This document shows positions 14,184 to 26,350 of a stretch of 64,000 nucleotides of DNA, one piece after another. The translations under genes were made by a program, and so were the position numbers. Source of the DNA: Octopus vulgaris (taxonomy: Eukaryota); assembly GCA_951406725.2 (NCBI GenBank), contig OX597837.1, positions 7,564,001 to 7,628,000 on the forward strand, given 5' to 3'. The notes beneath the pieces are model-generated. The model worked only from the letters and a program-made list of their open reading frames with translations. It made no database searches and was not told the DNA's origin. Within the stretch, counting starts at the first letter, position 1, and the number at the start of each line of letters is the position of its first letter.

Positions 14184-14283
14184 TAAATATATATTCTTGC
14201 ACATATGTGCAGCATGTTTACATGCATGCAAGTGTGTATATATGCATATACACGCACACACACACACACATATATATATATAT

Positions 14284-14508
14284 ACTCTTTACTCTTTTAC
14301 TTGTTTCAGTCATTTGACTGCAGCCATGCTGGAGCACCGCCTTTAATTGAGCAACTCGACCCGGGACTTATTCTTTTGTAAGCCCAGTACTTATTCTATC
14401 GGTCTGTTTTGCCGAACCGCTAAGTAACAGGGATATAAACACACCAGCATCGGTTGTCAAGCAATGCTAGGGGGACAAACACAGACACACAAACACACAC
14501 ACATATAC

Positions 14509-14539
<31 letters not shown>

Positions 14540-14681
14540 CACACATATATACGACGGGTTTCTTTCAGTTTCCGTCTACCAAATCCACTCACAAGGCATT
14601 GGTCGGCCCGAGGCTATACTAGAAGACACTTGCCCAAGGTGCCAAGCAGTGGGAATGAACCCGGAACCATGTGGTTGGTAA
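14284..14681 (-). mobile_element. SINE-A, tail-to-tail with the previous copy
   Basis: Reverse complement of family A. Confidence 0.9.
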
Positions 14682-15018
14682 AAATACAACATAAACAAAC
14701 CCAAGGGTTTGAAAAAAGAGAAAGAAAAGAAAGTCAACAAAGAAGCTAACCTGACATAAAAGATATTCCTTGGATTAAGCTGAGATATGTCAGCGTTGTG
14801 GAGATAATGCCTCACTGATTGGAAAGTGTCTGAGTGTATATGTGCATAAGAGAGAAAGCATGGTTGCAAATCTGTGTGTAAATATGAACAAAGGTGTGTG
14901 TGTGTGCGCGTGTGTGTTGATATATATATATATATGTGTATGTATGTGTGTATGTGTGTGAGAGAGAACAACAGGTGGGCTTATTAAATGTCTATGTATG
15001 AGCAGGTATATACACATG

Positions 15019-15085
<67 letters not shown>

Positions 15086-15266
15086 TTGTGTGCGTATTAT
15101 TTTTTTATGAATTAGCTAGTTTTTTTTTTGTTTTTGATTTTTTTGTGTGTGTGTTTTTGCAGAATGTCTTCATTTAACGTATGACAATCTCTACTTCCCA
15201 ATAACGATTATTAGGAGTAGTAGTAGCAGCACTACAATTACTACTACTAATAAATAATAATAATAA

Positions 15267-15480
15267 CCTTTTCTACTATAAGGCATGGTGCCTGGAACTT
15301 TGGAGAATGAGGCCAGTCAATCAGATCAACCCCAGTATGCAAGTGGTACTTAATTTATCGACCCTGAATGGGCAAAAGGCAAAGTCGACCTCGGCGGAAT
15401 TTGAACTCACAACGTAATGGCAGACGAAATACGGCTACGCATTTCGCCCAGCGTGCTAACGAATCTGCCAGCTCGCCACC
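15267..15480 (-). mobile_element. SINE-B
   Basis: ggtacttaatttatcgaccc...aaagtcgacctcggcggaatttgaactc...ctgccagctcgcc. Confidence 0.85.
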
Positions 15481-15744
15481 TCAATAATGATGATGATGAC
15501 AAAGACAACAATGATGGCAGTAAGAACAACAACAACAATAATAATAATATTAATAATTTCCAATTTTGCCACAAGGGCAACAGTTTTGGTGGGGTAGGGT
15601 TTAAGTCTATTACAACAACAACGATGTTGGTGTTGGTGGTGGGGGGTGACCAATTGTAACAACTGTTTCTGGATTCCATCTGCTCAGTTTAGCTCAATAA
15701 TTTCTGACATCTACTTTATATACACACACACACATGTATATATG

Positions 15745-15786
<42 letters not shown>

Positions 15787-16249
15787 TCAAGCCAACCATA
15801 TACATGTATATAAGCACATGTTTATATATATATATATATATATATAAATGTATACATATGCACACCATTTATACACACATACATGCGCACACATACACTC
15901 ACTCAGCCCAAGCACAAATTGACAGAGAGACAGAGATTAGAGAGGGGAGAAGGGGAAAAAAATCGATGATATGGTTGATTGAACTGAACAATATCTGGAA
16001 CAGCAGCAGATGGTGGGATGAGGGAGGGGTGGATGGCTCTGGTGGTGACATACTGACATGGGAGGTAACTCTCTATAACCCTCCACATTCTTGCAGGCAT
16101 ACAAATACATGCATATATATGGTCTAGTGTGTGTGTGGAGAGAGAGAGAGAGGGGGGTAGGCAGAGAGATGGACTCGCAGATAGATAGCAAGACAGACAG
16201 ATGGACTGATAGATGAATAGGTAAGTGGATGGATGAATAGATGGAAGGA

Positions 16250-16419
16250 TATCTTTCTTTATTAGCCACACAGGGCTGAACAGAGAGGGGACAAATTACA
16301 AAGTAGAGCTTTTCTTTTGGGGGAGAAAAAAAAAGAGAGGATAGACAGACAGGTAGATGGATGGATGGATGGATGGATGGATGGATGGATGGATGGATGG
16401 ATGGATGGATGGATGGATG

Positions 16420-16454
<35 letters not shown>

Positions 16455-16620
16455 TGATAGATAGATAAGTTTATTGGCCACACAGGGCTGCACACAGATG
16501 GGACAAGTTACAAGGTAGAGCTTTTCTTTTGGAGGATGAAAAAAAAACAAAAGAAGAAAAGAAACAAAAAAAAAAGGTGTCCTAGGTTTTCAATCAAAAG
16601 GGATCGTAAAAGGGAAAAAA
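16250..16620 (-). mobile_element. Two truncated copies of the LINE-like 3' UTR unit separated by (GGAT)n/(GATA)n
   Basis: tttattagccacacagggctgaacagagaggggacaaattacaaagtagagcttttc repeated at about 16255 and 16470. Confidence 0.75.
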
Positions 16621-17485
16621 AAGAAAAAAGAAAGATTGATAGATAGATAGATAGATAGATAGATGAGATAGATGAATGGATGGATAGAAAGACATAGATG
16701 GATGGATATATAAACAGATAGATACATACACACATATATGGATGGGTGGATGTATGGATGGATGGATACATGGATATATAACAACAGATAGCAACGTAGA
16801 CAGGCAGATGGACAGGCAAACAGAAAGATGGACGGATAAACAGATAGATAAAAAGAGATGCAGAGATGGACAGACACACAGACAGATATACTATACATTA
16901 CAGTCCAACACGACTTTCTTTACTTTTCCACCACTTTAAGTTATTTTGCCAGAGAAGCAATCAGCAGATGGCATGCCAACACAAAGTTTGTAATGGTTTC
17001 TATAAACCTACACATGTTTGTATGTAACATAAGATATGGTAGGACTCAATACTGGAATGCGAGAGCTTAATTATGTAATACTATCAACTGTTACAATACA
17101 ACTGGATTCTGCATGGGCGGGAATGTGTCTGAACACCCATACACATAAGCATACATACATACATACATATATATAGATATGTGTGTATATATATATATAC
17201 GCATAGAAATGCGTATATATTATTCAATAAACACAGGGCGTATTTTTATGAGCTGCTAATAGTTTCATGTGAGGAAAACATCTCAGACACCTTTTGTTAA
17301 CGTGTCTGGTGTCTCCATACAATCCTCGTGCATATTTGTGTGTGTGCGCACATATATATATATATATATATATATATACGAACACACTCACACTGGTAAG
17401 TTTAGATATACAGATATGTATATTCACATACATACATGTATGTATGTGTGCATATATATGCATACATATATACATATATATATAT

Positions 17486-17518
<33 letters not shown>

Positions 17519-17703
17519 CACATGTATGTATATATATATGTGTGTATGTGTATATATGTGTGTGTGTGTGTGTATATATGTGTGTGTATGTATATATATA
17601 TATACACATATAGAATCATACATGCATACTCACACATATATACATGCGCATACATTCATAGATATACACACATACCTACACACGTACACACACACACACA
17701 CAT

Positions 17704-17747
<44 letters not shown>

Positions 17748-18413
17748 ACAGTCATATGCAGATATATATATGTATGTATATGTATATATATACACACACA
17801 TACCTACACATCTTCCTCTGTACACACATATATCGTATTTCATTCATTCATACATTGACTCATACTCCCGAAACACCCTGATGGTTTGCAGCAGCCCGAC
17901 ATACTAACCACCAATCATCCTGACTGGTGATACCCCGCACCCTACCATACCCCCACCGTACATCCACCAGGTACCTCCACCCTCGCCCACCACACACCAG
18001 CACATTCACATGTTCGCCTAGCAACAGTTACACACCAACTGTTTGCGTGGCCTGCATGCCAACACGCTGTGGGTTTGCCCAGGTAAGGTTCCACCTGGAA
18101 CCACTTTTGCTACCCACGCCATCGTCTACTGCCCACCCCCTACTGCTGCTGCAGCATTTGAAAGATTAGATGACTCCTGTTACTAGGTAACCAACAACTG
18201 GCATGAGAAACTAAGGAATTAAAGAGAACCGCATAACTACGTGAAACCGCTCAGCAACCTCATAGAAATAACAGCCAACTCCCTCTTAGTCCTATTAATA
18301 CCAACACCCCTGAGATCACCTTTGATTCTAAGACACAACATACCTGTTTTAAAGGGATCTAAATTATATATGTCAAAAATTCCTATTGAAATTTTGTATC
18401 AATTTAAGAATTA

Positions 18414-18466
18414 GTGAGTGGAATTTGTAGACGGAAACTGAAAGAAGCCCGTCGTATATATGTATG

Positions 18467-18497
<31 letters not shown>

Positions 18498-18685
18498 GTG
18501 TGTATGTGTGTATATGTTTGTGTGTCTGTGTTTCCCCCCCCCCACCATTGCTTGACAACCGATGCTGGTGTGTTTAAGTCCCCATAATTTAGTGTTTCGG
18601 CAAAAGAGACCGATAGAATAAGTACTAGGCTTCCGAAGAATAAGTCCTGGGGTTGATTTGCTCAACTAAAGACGGTGCTCCAGCA
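18414..18685 (+). mobile_element. Partial SINE-A
   Basis: gacggaaactgaaagaagcccgtcg...ggtgctccagcac. Confidence 0.85.
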
Positions 18686-18799
18686 CCACCTTCAAGGGTT
18701 TAGTTCAGTATTTCTCAACCAAGGTCTATATGTGCCCCGGGGATCCTTATAAGAATTTTGGAGGCCCACGCAACAAAATCATAAATTCGAGATCCTACT

Positions 18800-19128
18800 T
18801 GCAAACAAATGTGGTAACATGTAACATTATTGACCGAGGTTACCATAGTCTTTTCGATAGGCTTTTCTTTCCACGGATAAACCTTATCTGCTTCTCCCCT
18901 TTACAATTTACATCATGACATTTCTGTGACACACGATCCCGATTGATCGTTTTTTTTCCTCTCTCTTTTTACGATCCCTTTTGATCAAAAACCTACCCCA
19001 CTTTTTATTTTTAATTTTTATTTTCTTTTCCTTTTTTTTTCCTTTTTTCTCTCTAAAAAGGAAAGCTCTACTTTGTAATTTGTCCCCTCTGTGTTCAGCC
19101 CTGTGTGGCTAATAAAGAAACATATCTA
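18800..19128 (+). mobile_element. Longest copy of the LINE-like 3' UTR unit (clade not determined)
   Basis: Pyrimidine-rich sequence ending gtcccctctgtgttcagccctgtgtggctaataaagaaa+(tatc)n; other copies share the 3' end and differ in 5' extent. Confidence 0.6.
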
Positions 19129-19132
19129 TCTA

Positions 19133-19519
19133 GGTGCAGGAGTGGCTGTGTGGTAAGTAGCTTGCTTACCAACCACATGGTTCTGGGTTCAGTCCCACTG
19201 CGTGGCATCTTGGGCAAGTGTCTTCTACTATAGCCTCGGACCAACCGAAGCCTTGTGAGTGGATTTGGCAGACGGAAACTGAAAGAAGCCCGTCGTATAT
19301 ATGTATATATATGTGTGTGTGTGTTTGTCCCCCTAGCATTGCTTGACAACCGATGCTGGTGTGTTTACGTTGCCGTCACTTAGTGGTTCGGCAGAAGAGA
19401 CCGATAGAATAAGTACTGGGCTTACAAAGAATTAGTCCCGGGGTCGATTTGCTCGACTAAAGGCGGTGCTCCAGCATGGCCGCAATCAACTGACTGAAAC
19501 AAGTAAAAGAGTAAAAGAG
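19133..19519 (+). mobile_element. Full-length SINE-A
   Basis: Family A sequence. Confidence 0.9.
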
Positions 19520-19751
19520 TATCTATTTATGTTCCTAACTATCTATCTATCTTTCTATTTACATTGTTATCTATCTATCTATCCACCCATTGCTTCTTAC
19601 CCTGGGTAGGACTATAACCCATAGCTTTTCTTCTCTATTTTGAAGGGGTAGAGAGAGGGTGGGGAAGGGGACTTAATTTCACGAGAGTAATGAGACGTAG
19701 AGAACATGAGAGCACCAAAGCAACAGATGAACGTCAACTTGGTTAATCGAC

Positions 19752-20076
19752 CTGCTAGAAATAGCAGCCAAATCTCCTTTGAACTATACGCTGTACATGT
19801 GAAACATATGAACTAGTGGAAGCAACAGCTGGTAGAAATAGCAGTCAAATTTCCTTCAAACAACACTGTGTGTGTGTGTGTGTGTGTGCGTGTGTAAAAG
19901 TGTGGGAGAGATCATGACATGGTAACAAGAGCTGTTAGAAATAGCAGTCAAATCTCTCTCAAACCACACTCTGTTGTTATGCTTGTACGAAGTAGAGAGG
20001 ATAGGAGAGAGAGAGAGAGAGAGACCACTGCTCAGTAGCAAGAGCTGATAGAGGTAGCAGCCAAATCTCCCTCAAA
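19752..20076 (+). repeat. Four interspaced about 32-bp direct repeats
   Basis: ctg(c/g/t/a)tagaaatagcag(c/t)caaatctccctcaaa at 19752, 19829, 19932 and 20045. Confidence 0.8.
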
Positions 20077-20171
20077 ATGTACATCGTGTTACGATGAAAT
20101 AAGAGACTTACATGAAAGAATGATGCAAAAACATGTAATAAAAGAAAAAAAATATAAAACAATACACACAT

Positions 20172-20221
<50 letters not shown>

Positions 20222-20288
20222 GACACACATACATATATATAGGCACATACACATACACATACATATGTATATATATATACATTCACAC

Positions 20289-20319
<31 letters not shown>

Positions 20320-20565
20320 TACATATATACATACATATATATATATACACACACACACACACAAACACACATACATACATACATATATACATGCACAAAT
20401 ATATATATATATATGCACACACACATATATATATATATACATACACACACATACATATATATATACACACACATACATATATACATACACACACATACAT
20501 ATATATACACACACACACACATATATATATTGGCACAAATACATACATACACATGCATGTATGAG

Positions 20566-20622
<57 letters not shown>

Positions 20623-20625
20623 TAC

Positions 20626-20673
<48 letters not shown>

Positions 20674-21345
20674 AAACAAAAGAACAGATAGTGTGATGCT
20701 GGAGTGGGTGAGATGATACATACTGTTTAGTGGAATATTTGACATCTTACCGAGGGGGGTGGTAATAGGGTGGGGCAAAGGCAGCAGAAAACTTAAAGAC
20801 ATGAGGGTGGGAAGTAGCTTGTGTTCAAGGTAAAACAAACTTTCAGAGTCTGCGATAGACATTAAGAACCAACGCCTTGTTTTTTAGCACACATCGCTCC
20901 AAGACACAGATTCTTTTTTGCACGTGTGTGCATGTGTGTGTGCATGTGTGTGTGTGTGTGCGTGTGTGTGTAAAATGTTAAAAATAAGTGTTTTTAAATA
21001 CACGACAAAGGAAACTGCTCAGAGAAAGAACTCAATACATGCTGAGAATGTAATAATTATTATGGCTTCGTTGATAGTGACTTTGAAGTTTGGTCCATAG
21101 CATTGTATATTTGCAGCTGTACCATTGAACTTTGGTCAGTAATTGATAAGTCAGCATCATGAGTTAGATGGTTTGACTAGAATGGTAAGCTGGAGGGCTG
21201 CACCAGGTTCCTGTCTGATTTTGGCTGGCTTGGTTTCTACGGCCGGATGGCCTTTCTAATACAAACCCCTCCACAGAGTATAGTGGGTACCTCCAATGTG
21301 ACTCCAGTATGGGCCACAACTACAATTTCGTTGACAATATATATA

Positions 21346-21522
21346 TAGGGAGAGTTTACCAAAAAAACAAAAGATGAAGACAGGTGGTGTACAAAACAAA
21401 CAGATGTATTAGTATAATGCTCAGGAATAGAAAAAGCTTTTTATATTTCGAGCCTACGCTCTTCTACAGAAAGGAACACAGAAAAAACAAGGAGAGAAAA
21501 AAAATGTGTGTAGTGGCTAACG
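21346..21522 (-). mobile_element. Family E1 Penelope-like repeat with a decayed minimal hammerhead-like motif (21437-21474)
   Basis: Homologous to 11762-11948; minus strand CCTTT CTGTAGA A GAGC GTAG GCTC GAAATATA AAAAG. Confidence 0.6.
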
Positions 21523-21807
21523 ATATATATATATATATAAGAATTTTTTGCATAATAAGATAAAAAACCAAGGCTGTATAGATATTCGAGCATTTATAGA
21601 TAGAAGGTCTTACAGCTGTTTCTAGGATATTAATTGATAATATCCCTTCTATACACACGCTGACATAGAACCAACGTTGAACCATTTATTCCCAATATTA
21701 CCGAATCTAGAACTTAACTATGGTCTGTCTATAGCACTTATTCAGCATTACCTGAAACCTTTGGGTCTCAATGACACCATTATCTCTTATAACCTCAACT
21801 TCTCACT

Positions 21808-21847
<40 letters not shown>

Positions 21848-22299
21848 AATAAAAGAAATTTTTGCATAATGAGATAAAAAGATTTATATATATATACATA
21901 TATACAAATTAAATTAGAGATAAAACCACTATTAGGCAACTATTAGCCAGAGATATATGTATATACATATATGTATATATATACATATATATATATATAT
22001 ATACATATCATCACATCATTGTTTAAGTCTGCTTTCCATGCTGGCATAGGTTGGACAGTTTGACACGGAGTTGGCTACCAGGGAGCTGTCCAGACTTCAT
22101 CTATATATATATATGTGTGTGTGTGTGTCCCCGCATATGTGATTGCTATGATAATTTTTACTCCTTTACTTTTTACTTTCTCCCCTTTGGTTTTTCCCCC
22201 CTTATTTAACGGTCATTCTAATAGCTCTTTTGTCTTAATACAGGTCAATTACATAGTAATTTCCCTTTGTTTAACGGTCATTTTCACAGCATATTTTGA

Positions 22300-22374
22300 T
22301 TGCCTCGATAACTGAAGAGATGCCGGTGCAGTTTTCCGTCCCGACATCCGAAACTCAGAGTTTTATTATGGCAA
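22300..22374 (+). ncRNA. Type I hammerhead ribozyme-like motif
   Basis: TTGCC tc GATAA CTGAAGA GATGcCGG (14-nt loop) CCGaCATC c GAAACTC A GAGT T TTATT at GGCAA; all three stems and both core motifs are present. Confidence 0.7.
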
Positions 22375-22432
22375 CTGAATAATTGTCATATATTATATTA
22401 CAGGTATATATAAATACATACATATATATATA

Positions 22433-22660
22433 TAAAGTTAATCCGAACATGAAAACACAAAGAGAAAACACAACAACGCGAGGACGTGGAACAAGCATAG
22501 TGTTATTGGACACTCAGGAAGAAAGGGAAGAAGGAGGATTTAATGTTTCGAGCGGAGCTCTTCGTCGGAAACATAGGAGAAGGAAAGATCCAAAGAAGGG
22601 AAGACGGAGGAAAAAAAAAAAAAAAAATCGCCAACGGTACACACGCGGTCACATTTTAAC
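22433..22660 (-). mobile_element. Family E2 Penelope-like repeat with a minimal hammerhead-like motif (22538-22572)
   Basis: Second copy at 27945-28140; minus strand GTTT CCGACGA A GAGC TCC GCTC GAAACATT AAAT. Confidence 0.6.
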
Positions 22661-22910
22661 ACACATATACATACATGTGCATGTGCGCACACGTGTTGGC
22701 TTTGATATAACAGGCATGTGTGTGCACGTGCAATTATGCGCATGCGTTTGAACGCACATGTGGGAGGAGCAAACATTACCGAAAACATGTAGCAAAGTTT
22801 ATTCATGCAGTCTTCGAAATCCTACAGTCTGTTACTCTTCTGATATTTTGGCTACGAAACTTAGTAACAATCGAGGGGGCAACCTCACCTTCGTACTATA
22901 ACGAAGATAT

Positions 22911-22949
<39 letters not shown>

Positions 22950-23333
22950 TGTGTCAGTGTGTCCGTGTATATATAAACACATGCTATTTTACTGTAATTA
23001 TATGCATCTGTCTAAATACTACTGCATGCACATATTGAATTTCCTGATTAAGTGGCTTTCTTAAACTAACAAATATCAGCGAGAAAGATATAACTTGCAC
23101 CACCCAAGGCCCCACTCCGACACCATAGTAATGCTCCCCCCAGCACCCATGTACCCATGCTGTTTGATTGTTTTCTCCATCATGTAGGCGGATTTATGCA
23201 TGCATATACACAATTACTAAACAGCTACTACTACCACCACTGCCGCTTCTACCACCACCAGTCGCACCATCATCATCATCATTATTATTATTAGTAGTAG
23301 TAGTAGTAGTATTATTAGTATTATTGTTATTAA

Positions 23334-23475
23334 GGCAGTGAGCTGGCAGACTCGTTAGCACGTCGAGCAAAATGCTTAGTGGCATTTTGACCATCATTAC
23401 ATTCTGAGTTCAAATTCTGCCGAGGTCAACTTTGCCTTTCATCCTTTTGGAGTCAATAAATTAGGGACCAGTTGA
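23334..23475 (+). mobile_element. SINE-B, 3' truncated and fused to family D
   Basis: ggcagtgagctggcaga...gagttcaaattc...gcctttcatcc. Confidence 0.8.
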
Positions 23476-23845
23476 GTTGAGCATCTCTGATCACGAGCAG
23501 AAGTAGTGGGGGGAACTACATAGCCATGTGTTGAGAGGAATTCTTTGGGGTTTGGATAATTCACCTCTGGAAACATGGGTGTTACATTCAACATCCTTAA
23601 ACAACCCTTATTCAGGGACCTTTTGAGTGGAATGGGCTACTCAACCTGAAGAAAATTCTAACTGAGCCCCCACCTTCAAGGTCGTGCGCTGCTTAACTTC
23701 ATATGAGATCACCATGTCATGCACATATGGTTGTGATGCATGTGCCTGGTGTACCCTTATCATACGGGTAGTAATGATGGGTATATTGGGCTTCATATAT
23801 TTGTAACCCAGTATCATTTTGATGGCATGCACTGCACTCTCGCTC

Positions 23846-23879
<34 letters not shown>

Positions 23880-23880
23880 G
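23476..23880. mobile_element. Interspersed repeat family D, (AAT)n-associated
   Basis: Highly similar copies at 32345-32880 and 37520-37895; ends ...gcactctcgctc(aat)n. Confidence 0.8.
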
Positions 23881-24088
23881 TTTCAAATTTTGCCACAAAG
23901 CCTGAAATTTTCAGGGAGGGGGCTAGTCTATCACATTGACTCCAGTGTTTCCCTGGTACTTAATTTATTGGCCCCAAAAGGATGAAAGGTAAAGTTGACC
24001 TTGGTGGAATTTGAACTCAGAACATAGCGGCAGACATAATACCACTAAACATTTCGCCCAGCATGGTAACAATTCTGCCAGCTCACCA
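23880..24088 (-). mobile_element. SINE-B
   Basis: Reverse complement of family B. Confidence 0.8.
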
Positions 24089-24261
24089 CACATATCAGTG
24101 TTCGGCTTTTTTGCCAAATGACCTGCACACATGATTCGCTTATAGTAATGAAATGCCAAACCACTCAGTGACAGGGATGTAAACACACAAACATCGGCTG
24201 TTGAGCTACGGTGTGGGGGGGGGGGGTCAAACACAGACACAAATAACACATGCATACATAC

Positions 24262-24395
24262 ATCATCATTTAGCATCCGTTTTCCATGCTAGCATGGGTT
24301 GGACGGTTTAAATGGGGTCTGTGAAGCCGGAAGGCTTCATCAGGCCCAGTCAGATTTGGCAATGTTTCTACGGCTGGATGCCCTTCCCAACGCCA
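24262..24395 (-). mobile_element. RTE 3' end (family C)
   Basis: catcatcatttagcatccgttttccatgctagcatggg...ggatgcccttcc. Confidence 0.8.
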
Positions 24396-24417
24396 ATACA
24401 TACATATATATATATTA

Positions 24418-24712
24418 CTGACCAGGCTATCAGATGTTGCTACACATCGCTGGTCACAATGCGCTTTGCATTGTTTTAGCCTCCAAATGACACCACTCCC
24501 GCTGGCTAAGCGAGCAGGCCAACGGAAGAAAGAGTGAGAGAAAGTTGTGGCAACAGAGTACAGCAGGGATTGCCACCGCCCCCTGCCGGAGCCTCGTGGA
24601 GCTTTAGGCGTTTTCGCTCAATAAACACTCACAACGCCCGGTCTGGGAATCGAAACCACGATCCTACGAGCGCGAGTCCGCTGCCCTAACCACTGGGCCA
24701 TTGTGCCTCCAC
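24418..24712 (-). mobile_element. Third tRNA-derived SINE family (head duplicated downstream)
   Basis: Minus strand gtggaggcacaaTGGCCCAGTGGttagggcagcggactcgcgctcgtaggatcgtgGTTTCGATTCCcag gives A and B boxes at tRNA spacing, followed by a 230-bp body. Confidence 0.75.
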
Positions 24713-25190
24713 TTATATATATATATGATGGGCTTCTTTCAGTTTCCGTCTACCAAAACTTTCAGATTTCACTTTGCCCAAGATGCCACATAGTGGGAAT
24801 GAACCGCAATCCTACGAGCGCGAGTCCACTGCCCTAACCACTGGGCCATTGTGCCTCCACTTATATATATATATGATGGGCTTCTTTCAGTTTCCGTCTA
24901 CCAAAACTTTCAGATTTCACTTTGCCCAAGATGCCACATAGTGGGAATGAACCGCAATCCTACGACCGCGAGTCCGCTGCCCTAACCACTGGGCCATTGT
25001 GCCTCCACTTATATATATATATATATGATGGGCTTCTTTCAGTTTCCATCTACCAAATCTTTCAGATTCTGCCTACCAAATCCAGTCACAAGGCTATAGT
25101 AGAAGACACTTGCCCAAGATGCCACGCAGTGGGAATGAACCCGGAACAACGTGGTTGGGAAGCAAGCTTCTTACCACACAGCTACACTTG
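24661..25190 (-). repeat. 148-bp tandem triplication of a chimeric SINE-head/SINE-A unit
   Basis: atcctacga starts at 24661, 24809 and 24957. Confidence 0.85.
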
Positions 25191-25469
25191 TCTATATTTT
25201 TTATTACTATTTTTGTTGTTTTTAAAGTGGTGTGGGTGGGGGAGGATGGAGTGCTTCCCTCATGAGCTACAAAACAAAACAAAAAAAAACGTAATTCCTT
25301 CTGACCCAGCTTTGAGTTTTGCTTTTATTGTCTTCCTTACACACAACAACAGCTGTTCAATAAACTCAGGCAAGTCAGCAATGCTTAGATGTGCTTAGGC
25401 ATTCAGTGACTGGACATTGATGACCCATGGTGACATGGACATTCGGGAACAGATGTTGCTGTATGTAGG

Positions 25470-25507
25470 GCAAAGAAAGAAAGAAACAAACAAACAATGA
25501 GAGAAGG

Positions 25508-25551
<44 letters not shown>

Positions 25552-26350
25552 GAAAAAAAAGGGAAAAAGAAAATCAAAGACAGGTAGACAGAGAAAAAAG
25601 AAAGAAAAGCAGAAAGGAAGGAAGGAAGGAAGGAAAGAATGAAGAAAGAAAAGAAGAAGGAAGGAAGGAAGGAAGGAAGGAAGGAAGGAAGGAAGGAAGG
25701 AAGGAAGGAATGAAGAAAGAAAAGAAGATTGAAGGAAGGAAGGAAAGAAGGAAGGAAGGAAGGAAGGAAGGAAGGAAGGAAGGAAGGAAGGAAGGAAGGA
25801 AGGAAGGAAGGAAGGAAAAAAAGGAAAGAAGGAAGGAAGGAAGGAAGGAAGGAAGGAAGGAAGGAAGGAAAATAGATGGATAGACGGAAAGAAGGAAGGA
25901 ATGAAGAAAGAAAAGAAGATTGAAGGAAGGAAGGAAGGAAAGAAGGAAGGAAGGAATGAAGAAAGAAAAGAAGATTGAAGGAAGGAAAGAAGGAAGGAAA
26001 GAAGGAAGGTAAGGAAGGAAGGAAGGAAGGGAGGAAGGAAAGAAGGAAGGTAAGGAAGGAAGGAAGGAAAGAAGGAAGGTAAGGAATGAAGGAAAGAAGG
26101 AAGGAAGGAAGGAAGGAAGGAAGGAAGGAAGGAAGGAAAATGGATGGACAAACGGAAGGAAGGAATGAAGAAAGAAAAGAAGATTGAAGGAAGGAAGAAA
26201 GGAAAGAAAGAAGGAAGGTAAGGAAGGAAGGAAGGAAAGAAGGAAGGAAGGAATGAAGAAAGAAAAGAAGATTGAATGAAGTAAGAAAGGAAAGAAGGAA
26301 GGAAGGTAAGGAAGGAAGGAAGGAAGGAGGGATAGGCAAGGAAGGAAGCG
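25470..26350. repeat. About 880-bp polypurine (GGAA)n tract with a recurring gaatgaagaaagaaaagaagattgaa unit
   Basis: Directly visible; source of the spurious 360/314/271-aa FLPS ORFs. Confidence 0.95.

Noticed and set aside
19752-20076. CRISPR array
   Set aside because: Eukaryotic context, divergent repeats, irregular microsatellite-containing spacers and no cas genes
21607-21650. Complete hammerhead
   Set aside because: Only the stem II/GAAACAGCTGTA/AGAC half remains; the CUGANGA core is lost
22818-22868. Hammerhead-like gttact..ctgata..gaaactt agtaac
   Set aside because: The core reads CUGAUAU and no stem II or III forms
24640-24712. Functional tRNA gene
   Set aside because: A and B boxes are present, but there is no proper acceptor stem or terminator and the sequence continues into a SINE body
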